64,000 bases of DNA. It comes from an uncultured Spirochaetia bacterium. GTDB lineage: Bacteria > Spirochaetota > Spirochaetia > JABEVK01. The stretch lies in NCBI GenBank assembly GCA_937960645.1, contig CALGPJ010000012.1:2702-66701 (forward strand). The letters are read 5' to 3'. Both the position numbers and the translations under genes were made by a program. Below the pieces are notes generated by a model. The model was given only the letters and a program-made list of their open reading frames with translations. It had not been told where the DNA came from and did not search any database. Below, in pieces: positions 9,475 to 17,186 of the stretch. Position 1 is the first letter of the stretch. The number at the start of each line of letters is the position of its first letter.

Positions 9475-10971
9475 TCATAATTTTCTAAAAAAGGTCAAGA
9501 GCTCACAAAGAACCTCTTCCAGCTCACCCCTTTGTGAGCAAATCTCTCCAAACTGCTCGTACAATTCGATCTGGTGCAATCGGTCCCGGCGTCCGCTCCG
9601 ATGCAGAGACTGCCAGGCAATCCATCCGAAATGGCCCAATCCCTGCCGGGCCAGTTCCATCGCGCGTCGGAAAAGTCGCGCACTGACTGCCCCCTGGCTC
9701 ACCACGTCCTGGTTGCCGCTTTCGGTGGGTCGAGAGAGGTTCACCACGCTCGTGGCGAGTTGCTGGACCTCGGCGGCCAGGGCGCTCAGGGCAATGCCCA
9801 CCGCCTTGAGTCCAAAACGAGGTTGGGCGGGATCCCAGTCGGCCAAATTGGCCCCCAGCCCTCGGTTCTGGGCCGGATCCAGCAGCAGCTGAGCCTGGCG
9901 GTCGATCAGGTTCATACTGCTCGCCAGCACCTGGCGCAAGAGATCGCCGGCCAGGCTGACGTGGAAGCCCGAGAAATTGCCGTTGTGATAGACGCGGCCT
10001 GAGTCGGGGTCGATGAGGGGGTTGTCGTCCACTCCCGCCAGCTCGTTTTCCAACCAGCGCGCCGCCACCTCCAGGGACTCCAGAGCCATCCCGTAAACCT
10101 GGGGCGCACACCGAAAACTGTAGCGAGGTTGGATATTGAATGGCCCGGTTCGGGTCCCCACCGGCGTCCCTTCGAGTTCGGCAACACCGAGGAGGAACTG
10201 GGCGCTTTGTCGAATGCCCGGATGTCCCTTGAGACGATTGGGAACATCCAGGAAAAACTCGTCTTCGAGGTCCAGGGCCAGGGCGCCCCAGGCGGTAAAG
10301 GTTTGAGCCAAATCGATCCAGCGCCGCATCTGGACGCTGCTGAGGATGGCCAGGGCTGTCATGAAGGCCGTGCCGTTCATCAAGGCGAGGGCCTCGCGCC
10401 CCTCCAGTTCCAAGGGAGGAATGCCAAGTTCCCTCAGGACATCCCTGGCGGGCATGATCTGTCCCCGATACCAGGCCCGCCGCTGACCCATTACCAGGGC
10501 GGCAAGGTAGCTGAGCGGGGTCAGATCGCCGCTGGCCCCAACGCTGCCCTGTTCCGGGATCACGGGAGCGATTCCGGCCTCGTAGAGGCGAAGGAGGCCC
10601 TCGATGAGTTCGGGCCTGACCCCGGAGTAACCTCGGGATAAGGTGCAAAGTCGTGCTAGGAGAACGGCACGGCCCTCGATTTCGGACAACTCGGGCCCGG
10701 TCCCACAACCGTGGTAGGACACGAGCTCGATCTGCAGACGTGCCATCCCCTCCGGTCCCACCACCAGCCGCCCCTCCTCGCCGAAACCGGTGTTGACGCC
10801 GTAGATTTTTCGCCCCTGTTGGAGAAACTGCATCAATAATCGATGGGAATGGAGGCTTCGTTCCCGGGCCTGGGGATCCCACGACAACTTTTGGGGATTC
10901 TTGGCCCAATCAACAAATTGGTCAAGGTCTATCCTGGCGGTACCCAGCTGGTTCGACAAATTTGACTCCAC
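9475..10971 (-). CDS. tal: MIO-dependent aromatic amino acid ammonia-lyase, tyrosine ammonia-lyase by context
   Basis: YGVNTGFG, the MIO tripeptide in GSVGASGDLTPLSY, NGT, QPRYSFRCAPQV and DDNP. GTG start. Divergent from pyp across 47 bp. Confidence 0.85.
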   Translation of the reverse strand: MESNLSNQLGTARIDLDQFVDWAKNPQKLSWDPQARERSLHSHRLLMQFLQQGRKIYGVNTGFGEEGRLVVGPEGMARLQIELVSYHGCGTGPELSEIEGRAVLLARLCTLSRGYSGVRPELIEGLLRLYEAGIAPVIPEQGSVGASGDLTPLSYLAALVMGQRRAWYRGQIMPARDVLRELGIPPLELEGREALALMNGTAFMTALAILSSVQMRRWIDLAQTFTAWGALALDLEDEFFLDVPNRLKGHPGIRQSAQFLLGVAELEGTPVGTRTGPFNIQPRYSFRCAPQVYGMALESLEVAARWLENELAGVDDNPLIDPDSGRVYHNGNFSGFHVSLAGDLLRQVLASSMNLIDRQAQLLLDPAQNRGLGANLADWDPAQPRFGLKAVGIALSALAAEVQQLATSVVNLSRPTESGNQDVVSQGAVSARLFRRAMELARQGLGHFGWIAWQSLHRSGRRDRLHQIELYEQFGEICSQRGELEEVLCELLTFFRKL

Positions 10972-11018
10972 GTTAAAAAATTTATTATTTTCATGGTATC
11001 ACAGACTTGGAGGTTTGT

Positions 11019-11396
11019 ATGGAGCAGATTCAATTCGGCGCCAATGACATGGCCAACGCTATTTCGAAACTCGGAGACAGGGAAATCGAAAACCTGGCAT
11101 TCGGCGCGATCAAGCTCGACAAGAGCGGCAAGATCCTGTCCTATAACAAGGCCGAGGGGGACATCACCGGCCGCAATCCCAACGAGGTTATCGGGAAAAA
11201 CTTCTTCACCGAGGTTGCCCCCTGCACCAATCAGCCCGAATTTTACGGCAAATTCAAAAAGGGTGTGGAAGAGGGAAACCTCAACACCTTGTTCGAGTAC
11301 ACCTTCGACTACAAAATGACGCCCACCAAGGTGAAGGTTCACATGATGAAGTCCTTGTTGGACGACGGTTACTACATCTTCGTCAAGCGTGTGTGA
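11019..11396 (+). CDS. pyp: photoactive yellow protein (125 aa)
   Basis: Aligns without gaps to the H. halophila PYP as I recall it. Tyr42, Glu46, Thr50, Arg52 and Cys69 (VAPCT) are retained, as is [23 protein letters not shown] lies 5 nt before ATG 11019; the TTG at 11007 in the ORF track is unlikely to be the start. Confidence 0.95.
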   Translation: MEQIQFGANDMANAISKLGDREIENLAFGAIKLDKSGKILSYNKAEGDITGRNPNEVIGKNFFTEVAPCTNQPEFYGKFKKGVEEGNLNTLFEYTFDYKMTPTKVKVHMMKSLLDDGYYIFVKRV

Positions 11397-12556
11397 TCGA
11401 TCTCAGTGAGGAAGCTCAGCGGCGGTACTGTAGGGACTTCATCCGCTTCCATCTGGCCCGGCTTCGTCGGTCGTCCGAGGTTCTAAACCTCGGGGAGGAA
11501 TATGATTCCGTCCTACTCCGAGAGGGCCCGTTCCTTGTCGATTCCCTGGAAATGGTCCAACTGGCGGGCCTGTTTGCAGATGTTCTCGATCTGCGAACCT
11601 ACGGTCTGGAAGACCTGCTCTTGGCCAAACCCAGCGTTCAACAATGGCAACACATCCTGAACCGGGCCATCGAGGCGGGCCTGGACACCTGGGGCTTTCA
11701 TACCTCCGGGAGTCAGGGCGAACCCCGTCTGGTCCGCCATTCCTGGGAGCACCTCGTGAGCGAAGTGGCTCTGATCGGAAAGCATCTGAACAACTGGACC
11801 ATTGAGAGGGTGATTGGTCTGGTCCCGTCCCACCACATCTACGGCTTTCTCTGGTCGATCCTGTTTCCACAGATGTTCGGCCTGCCTGTCATCACGCCGG
11901 GACCTGTGTTCACCGCCTTCCAGGACAGGGATCTGGTGATCGCCACGCCCTTTTTGGTCGAGCAATGGCGTGTCCGGGAAATCCTTCCTCCCCCTTCTGC
12001 CCTGATCCTGGTATCCACCGCCCCCTTTGAACCAAAAACTGCCGGGTGGTTGGATGCCAACAGCCGCCCCTGGGTGGAGATTTACGGCAGCACCGAGACC
12101 GGGGGCATCGGCTTCCGATCCTCTACCGACCGGGGCTTTACCCTCCTCGATCACTGGGAATGGATCGAGGAGAGCGGAAACCTCGTTCTTCAGAAGGACG
12201 GGCGCACTTATGCCTTCCCCGACCACGTGCGCCTCGAAGGAAGGACCGTGGTACCGATGGGCCGTAAAGACGGGGCGGTGCAGGTCGGCGGGGTCAACGT
12301 CTATCCGCAAAAAGTCCAGGCCTTTCTCAGCAATCTGCCCGGTGTCCAACGGGTGTGGGTCCGCCCGCACACGGAAAATGGCTCCGTGCGCCTCAAAGCC
12401 TGGGTGATCCCCGACGGAAGCCTCGAGCCGAAACAGCTGGAAATCAGCCTCAGGGAGCGCTGTGCCCAGGGATTGACCTCTGCGGAGCGCCCTGTCCATT
12501 TCACGATCGACGAGAACCCGCCCCTTTCTCCCTTCGGAAAACTGTTGGACTGGTAG
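11393..12556 (+). CDS. pcl: 4-coumarate--CoA ligase-like adenylate-forming enzyme (PYP chromophore activation)
   Basis: Short acyl-CoA ligase with [21 protein letters not shown] and C-terminal PFGK. Its GTG start overlaps the pyp stop (GTGA). Confidence 0.8.
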   Translation: MIDLSEEAQRRYCRDFIRFHLARLRRSSEVLNLGEEYDSVLLREGPFLVDSLEMVQLAGLFADVLDLRTYGLEDLLLAKPSVQQWQHILNRAIEAGLDTWGFHTSGSQGEPRLVRHSWEHLVSEVALIGKHLNNWTIERVIGLVPSHHIYGFLWSILFPQMFGLPVITPGPVFTAFQDRDLVIATPFLVEQWRVREILPPPSALILVSTAPFEPKTAGWLDANSRPWVEIYGSTETGGIGFRSSTDRGFTLLDHWEWIEESGNLVLQKDGRTYAFPDHVRLEGRTVVPMGRKDGAVQVGGVNVYPQKVQAFLSNLPGVQRVWVRPHTENGSVRLKAWVIPDGSLEPKQLEISLRERCAQGLTSAERPVHFTIDENPPLSPFGKLLDW

Positions 12557-12621
12557 CCTTGTTCGGTTGTGTTTCTTGAAGTATCCCTGAATTTCGGATA
12601 TAGTTTCCCTAAGGAGGCCCT

Positions 12622-13311
12622 ATGCGTTATCTTGCCCTTCTCTCTCTTCTTGCAATCAGCCAAGTATATGGGAATGTCATCGACGACATCATGAATCGTC
12701 GTCAGCTCGAACTCGCCGATGCCTACTGGCTGGCGGGAGAGCGCTACATCGAACTGAATAAGACCGAAATCGGCCGGGCGATGCAGGCCCGTGCCCGCCA
12801 ACTGGTCCCGGGTTACCAACCGCCGTCGGAGAGACAGATGGATGGGGTACCGAGCCTGACGCCGGCCCCAGTCGAGGTCGCTCTGCCGCAGATCAGTCAG
12901 GAAGAGATCGCCCGAAGAGCCGCTGAAGGTCGGAGGATCGTGAGAATCCAGTTCAACCGGCTGGTGCGCGGTTTTCTCATGGAAGAGATTTCCACGATTT
13001 CCTCTGGTTTGGCGGAACGCATCGAGGTTCCCGAGGTTGGCAATTTGAGTCGTAACGAGGCAACGCGTCGGCTACAGGAACTGTTCCAGGACGCTGAAGT
13101 CGATGGCCTTGGCATCGAGGACTTGTATAACCCGGACACGATCCAGGTAGAACAGGTCGAGGGCACGACAGACGATTACGTTTTGACCGTCAACCTATCT
13201 TCGAACGCCCCGGATTATCTTCAGCGACGCCCCTGGTGGGCCCCCTCGCTCAGCCTGTACTTTGTTCGATCGGGTAACAACTGGGTTTTGCGCGCAGTAT
13301 CGAAAAACTGA
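12622..13311 (+). CDS. secreted hypothetical protein
   Basis: AAGGAGG before the ATG. Signal peptide MRYLALLSLLAISQVYG. No family recognised. Confidence 0.6.
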   Translation: MRYLALLSLLAISQVYGNVIDDIMNRRQLELADAYWLAGERYIELNKTEIGRAMQARARQLVPGYQPPSERQMDGVPSLTPAPVEVALPQISQEEIARRAAEGRRIVRIQFNRLVRGFLMEEISTISSGLAERIEVPEVGNLSRNEATRRLQELFQDAEVDGLGIEDLYNPDTIQVEQVEGTTDDYVLTVNLSSNAPDYLQRRPWWAPSLSLYFVRSGNNWVLRAVSKN

Positions 13312-13313
13312 TC

Positions 13314-14045
13314 TTATCGCCTTTGCATCAGGTAGCGGACCTCCCCCTCCTTGGTGAGGGGGATGATCCAATCTCGGAAATAATACACGATAGGCTCGGC
13401 GGCAATGATGATGCGGTTGTTGGGATCGGATGCCTTCTGAAGACTTCTGATCTTTCGCTCCACCCGCCGCAGCACTTCCTGTTCAACTTCTTTGCGGGTC
13501 AGGCGTTCCATCAAGCTCTTCTCGTCCTGGCGATCGATCAATTCCTGATAGACGGCGGGCTCGAGACGGTACTTGCTCTCCGCGACATAACAGGCAGCGT
13601 AATGAATGCGGCGGGCTATGGCCTGGAGACAGATCACATCGTGCTCGACACTGCTGCCGAGATGCCCGTCGCTGTCGGGTTTGCAGATTTGCGGTAAAAG
13701 CTCGAGATAACTGATGAGAATGCGTCCCGATAAATTGATGGTTTCCAATTCGCGAATATGGAGCTCGGGATCGAGTGTCGTCACCAGGCGCCGGGGCCGG
13801 GGCAGACCGGTGTAAAAGGGCCGTTCTTCCGGAACCAGGTAGCGCCCGAAGAGCGCATCCACCGTTTCCTGATGGAGCAGGCGAAGTTCCAGAAGGGTTG
13901 CCGACTCAGGGGGATCGAATCCGCTGATACCGGGTGTGTAGGCCGCCTCGTTGTACGCAAATTGACATCGGTCCAGGAGTTTCATCAATATCGCTTCTTC
14001 CAGGCCCGCAAGACGGGCAACGACCTGATCGAGGTTCAAGGGCAT
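13314..14045 (-). CDS. chorismate mutase, eukaryotic (yeast Aro7-like) long AroQ type
   Basis: Collinear with yeast Aro7 as recalled. LNLDQVVARLAGLEEAILMKLLDRCQF matches LNLQNIRDELVRMEDSIIFKFIERSHF. CLQAIARRIHY..VAESKY matches CLQSLSRRIHFGKFVAEAKF. IIPLTKEGEVRYLMQR matches VIPITKEVEVEYLLRR. Confidence 0.8.
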   Translation of the reverse strand: MPLNLDQVVARLAGLEEAILMKLLDRCQFAYNEAAYTPGISGFDPPESATLLELRLLHQETVDALFGRYLVPEERPFYTGLPRPRRLVTTLDPELHIRELETINLSGRILISYLELLPQICKPDSDGHLGSSVEHDVICLQAIARRIHYAACYVAESKYRLEPAVYQELIDRQDEKSLMERLTRKEVEQEVLRRVERKIRSLQKASDPNNRIIIAAEPIVYYFRDWIIPLTKEGEVRYLMQRR

Positions 14046-14060
14046 GGTAGAAGCATTCTA

Positions 14061-15197
14061 TCATGAGACCTGCCCTTTTGCCACGAGCATCTGAACGGGG
14101 ATGCCGCCATTCCGAAAAAAAAGCCGTTGAATACGTGCAAGACTCAGCAGTTTCTCGGAATCTGACTGTGCACTCAAAACCCCCAGACAGCCCAGCCGTT
14201 GATGATGGAAAATCTGGCCCAGGTCCCGCAGAACCGATCGGGCGGTCTGCGTGTCCTCCAGGCGTTCTCCCCAGGGGGGATTGGTGAGGAGCCAGGCCGC
14301 GGGACCGGGAGGCTGCGACCGGCCAAGATCCGCCTTTTCCCAGCGTATTTTTTCCAGGACACTTCGGGGGAGACCCAGCCGCCCCAGATTGTCTTTCGCG
14401 ATTTGCAGGGCCCGTGGATCACGGTCGGCAGCTCCCATTTCCAGTTCGTTGGGCACAATTTCCCGAGACACCCAATACTCCCTGGCCCTTTTCCTGTTGA
14501 TTTCTTCGATACCGAGAGCCGGCGGCAAGTCAAATTGTCGATCCCTGTTGGGCGCCCTGTCCATGAGCCAGAGCACGGCCTCGGCCAAAATGGTTCCGTT
14601 GCCGCACATCGGGTCCCAAAAAGCTCTTCCCCGTTTGAACCCGGACCAAAGTACCAGGGCCGCCGCCACGGTCTCCCGCAGGGGGGCCCCCATTGCTTCG
14701 AGTCGATAACCGCGGTGGCTCAGAGGCTCGGGCGTGAGATCCAGCCCAACCTCCACCCGATCCGAATGCCCGTAGATTCGCAAAAAGCTCTGAGCGGTGT
14801 AGGAAGGCAGCCGCGCTGTCCCCATTTTTTGCGCCAGCCGTTGAAGGATGGCCTTGTGGAGGGTGGCTTGCAGCACCGCGGGACTGTGGGGGCTATCGGA
14901 ACCGAGGCGTACCTTTTGAATGACCGGGAAGGTTTGTGCGGGTACAAAGAGTTCCCAAGCGTGAGCTTGCACGTGCTCGAAAAGCTGATCCAGTGCCGAG
15001 GCACGAAAGTCCCCAATGAGCCAGAGAATTCGGTCCGCCGTCCTCAGTCCCAAAAGGCAGCGGCAGAGCCCTTCCGCCTCGGCCTCGAAGATGACCCGCC
15101 CCGGCCAGGTTTCGATCACCCTGAGACCGAGGTAGCGGATTTCACGGGCCGGTAAATGCTCCAGTCCCGGGCTGCAAAGGGCCGAAAACCGATTCAT
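14061..15197 (-). CDS. THUMP-domain class I SAM-dependent RNA methyltransferase (RlmL/COG0116-like)
   Basis: DPMCGNGTILAEA (SAM motif I) and LLTNPPWGERL (NPPW motif IV). Start set at ATG 15197 (Met39), which overlaps the upstream stop as ATGA. Confidence 0.8.
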   Translation of the reverse strand: MNRFSALCSPGLEHLPAREIRYLGLRVIETWPGRVIFEAEAEGLCRCLLGLRTADRILWLIGDFRASALDQLFEHVQAHAWELFVPAQTFPVIQKVRLGSDSPHSPAVLQATLHKAILQRLAQKMGTARLPSYTAQSFLRIYGHSDRVEVGLDLTPEPLSHRGYRLEAMGAPLRETVAAALVLWSGFKRGRAFWDPMCGNGTILAEAVLWLMDRAPNRDRQFDLPPALGIEEINRKRAREYWVSREIVPNELEMGAADRDPRALQIAKDNLGRLGLPRSVLEKIRWEKADLGRSQPPGPAAWLLTNPPWGERLEDTQTARSVLRDLGQIFHHQRLGCLGVLSAQSDSEKLLSLARIQRLFFRNGGIPVQMLVAKGQVS

Positions 15198-16450
15198 GGC
15201 CCCGGCCGCCTGATGGCGTAGAGTTCCAGACGGTCGCTCAGAAAATCGGTGAAGGCCAGGTAGCGGCCATCGGGGGACACATCCAATCCCGTGGGCTGGT
15301 CCCTTCCCCAAATCCAGGTTGATGGCGTAAATTCGCCCAGGGAAACCAAATAAACCTTTCCGTAATCGGGTCCGGGCAAAAGGTAACTATCCGGGTTGTT
15401 GCGTCCACGGCTGGAAGCGAAAAGGTAGGTTGCTTCCCCGTCCACGGCGATGGTGTTGATGTTCCAACCCAGAAAAAGTTGAGATTCAAGGCGGCCAGTC
15501 AGGGCATCGAAGCGATAAACGTAGCCGCTCCCCATGTCGCTGGCATAGAGTTTTCCCTTCAGGGTGACCAGGTGGCGCATCGCCCCCCAGCTCCCCAACC
15601 GAAGAGGCTCCAAAATTTGGCGGGTAGATAGGCTATACCTAAAAATCACTGCCCCGTCGAAAATGCTGACATAAAGGACCTCCTCATTGGGGCTGAGGGC
15701 CAGGCCGCGCGGCGTTCCTGGGGTGGGGATACGGGAGATGACCTGGCGAGAATCGACGTCGATGATCGACACATCTTGACTTGTCCAGTTGCTGATGTAC
15801 GCAAAACGTTCTCCTTTATCGACCAAAATGAACTTCGACCAGGTCCCCATGGTGGAAAAACTGTCGATGTACGAAAAATCTTTTAGGCGAAAGCAGTGAA
15901 CGTGGCCCGTGGTCATCTGCGAGACCCAGAGTTCGCCGCGTTGGGGTAGCATCCAGGTTTCGACAAAACCGGTCCGCGACGAAAATCCCGGAGCCAGCAA
16001 CAAAGCCAGACGGATCAACGGACGGACACGATAGATCTCCACGCCCGGCCCGTTCAGCAGGGCCACGGCCATATAGCGTCCATCCGGGGTAAAGCGCACA
16101 CTCTTGGGACGCGAACCCGTGGAAATTTCTCCCAGAAAATGCAGGGGGATCCCCAGCCGAAACAAACGTTCCCGAAGCGCAGGTAAGCCGGGCCTCACGT
16201 CGATGGTGAAGCTCCGCGGCTCGTAGCCCGAACAGGCCAGGGTCAGCCGTTGTTTGCCCGGGGGCAGGCGGTAAATCCGCGATTCGGCAAGAACCCGCCA
16301 GGGAACCTGGAACTCCCCTTGCACGAAAACATCCGCCTCGACCGGAAAGGATTGAATTTCCACCGGAATCAAGTTAATCGACGCCTGGCTCTCGAGGCCG
16401 GCGATCGATCCAACCCAACAGATCAACACCCAGAGGATCTTAGCGCGCAT
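15194..16450 (-). CDS. secreted beta-propeller repeat protein (YVTN/lactonase-like blades) with PEGA-like N-terminal domain
   Basis: Signal peptide MRAKILWVLICWVGSIAGLESQA from ATG 16450. Repeated blades include RFTPDGRYMAVAL, LALSPNEEVLYVS and VSPDGRYLAFTD. Confidence 0.7.
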   Translation of the reverse strand: MRAKILWVLICWVGSIAGLESQASINLIPVEIQSFPVEADVFVQGEFQVPWRVLAESRIYRLPPGKQRLTLACSGYEPRSFTIDVRPGLPALRERLFRLGIPLHFLGEISTGSRPKSVRFTPDGRYMAVALLNGPGVEIYRVRPLIRLALLLAPGFSSRTGFVETWMLPQRGELWVSQMTTGHVHCFRLKDFSYIDSFSTMGTWSKFILVDKGERFAYISNWTSQDVSIIDVDSRQVISRIPTPGTPRGLALSPNEEVLYVSIFDGAVIFRYSLSTRQILEPLRLGSWGAMRHLVTLKGKLYASDMGSGYVYRFDALTGRLESQLFLGWNINTIAVDGEATYLFASSRGRNNPDSYLLPGPDYGKVYLVSLGEFTPSTWIWGRDQPTGLDVSPDGRYLAFTDFLSDRLELYAIRRPGP

Positions 16451-17126
16451 CGGCAACGGGTTGAAGCATCTTTTCCAAATGAGCCTTGGCCCGCATTTGC
16501 TCCGTGATCGAGTTTTCCAATTCCAGGCTCACCCAGCGTGGCAGGTAGCGCCGATAAGCCATCAAATAATCGAATTCGTTCAAATCCCGAAACTCATGGT
16601 CATCGTAGGCGTTCCAGGGGCTGGTGGGTGTCGAGTGGATGGCAGACACGTGACAGCACCCCACGGGGAAACTTTCCGCCAGTTGTGCGAAGTTGCGGTA
16701 CTCAGGCAGATTCATTCGCCGGCCGTTCTCCCAATGGCTGAAGTCGATGCAAAGGCCGCCGTACAGCGCCAGTTCTTTCTCTCCTGGGATGACCCCGCTG
16801 TTCTCGATGAAGATGATCTTGAGATAGCGCGTGCTTTCCGGTTGATAGGGATGGGTGCTGTAGAGGCTGTGAATGTTGAACACCTCGGTTTGGAAGCGAT
16901 CGATCAGGTATTCCATTTCCTTCTGGTCCATGTCGGACCTTAGATGGACGTGCGGGATGCGTGTGACGGGAGAGTTTTCGAGCTCATGGTAAAGAATGCG
17001 CCGTTGACGCGTGTCGAGGGCCGTCGGGAACAACGCGATCCTCTCGATATTGTTCTCTCGAATCTCTTTAAGAAAGAGGGCGATGCGGTCGGAGCGGGTC
17101 GTCGTGAAGCCCAGCAAAATCTCCAT
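16440..17126 (-). CDS. hypothetical protein (228 aa), possibly TIM-barrel-like
   Basis: Only the C-terminal 228 codons of ORF 16440..17999 are taken, because the upstream part is antisense to the UPRT gene. ATG 17126 sits 6 nt after a TGgTATAAT box. Confidence 0.6.
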   Translation of the reverse strand: MEILLGFTTTRSDRIALFLKEIRENNIERIALFPTALDTRQRRILYHELENSPVTRIPHVHLRSDMDQKEMEYLIDRFQTEVFNIHSLYSTHPYQPESTRYLKIIFIENSGVIPGEKELALYGGLCIDFSHWENGRRMNLPEYRNFAQLAESFPVGCCHVSAIHSTPTSPWNAYDDHEFRDLNEFDYLMAYRRYLPRWVSLELENSITEQMRAKAHLEKMLQPVADAR

Positions 17127-17160
17127 GCCGCGATTATACCAAAGCGGCCCCTTTTGTAAA
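17127..17160 (-). promoter_or_regulatory. sigma-70-type promoter abutting ATG 17126 (predicted leaderless)
   Basis: The minus strand reads TTTACA-N16-TGgTATAAT-cgcggc-ATG. There is no SD. Confidence 0.55.
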
Positions 17161-17186
17161 CATTCGAGATCTGGTAAAGTGAGCTC
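17154..17186 (+). promoter_or_regulatory. extended -10 promoter abutting ATG 17187 (predicted leaderless)
   Basis: TTGTAA-N15-TGgTAAAGT-gagctc-ATG, with no SD. The -35 overlaps that of the divergent promoter. Confidence 0.45.

Noticed and set aside
10972-11018. Leaderless-type promoter for the ammonia-lyase (TAAATT 7 nt before GTG 10971)
   Set aside because: The -10-like box is present, but no acceptable -35 or extended -10 exists in the 47-bp spacer. It is too weak to list with the other cases.
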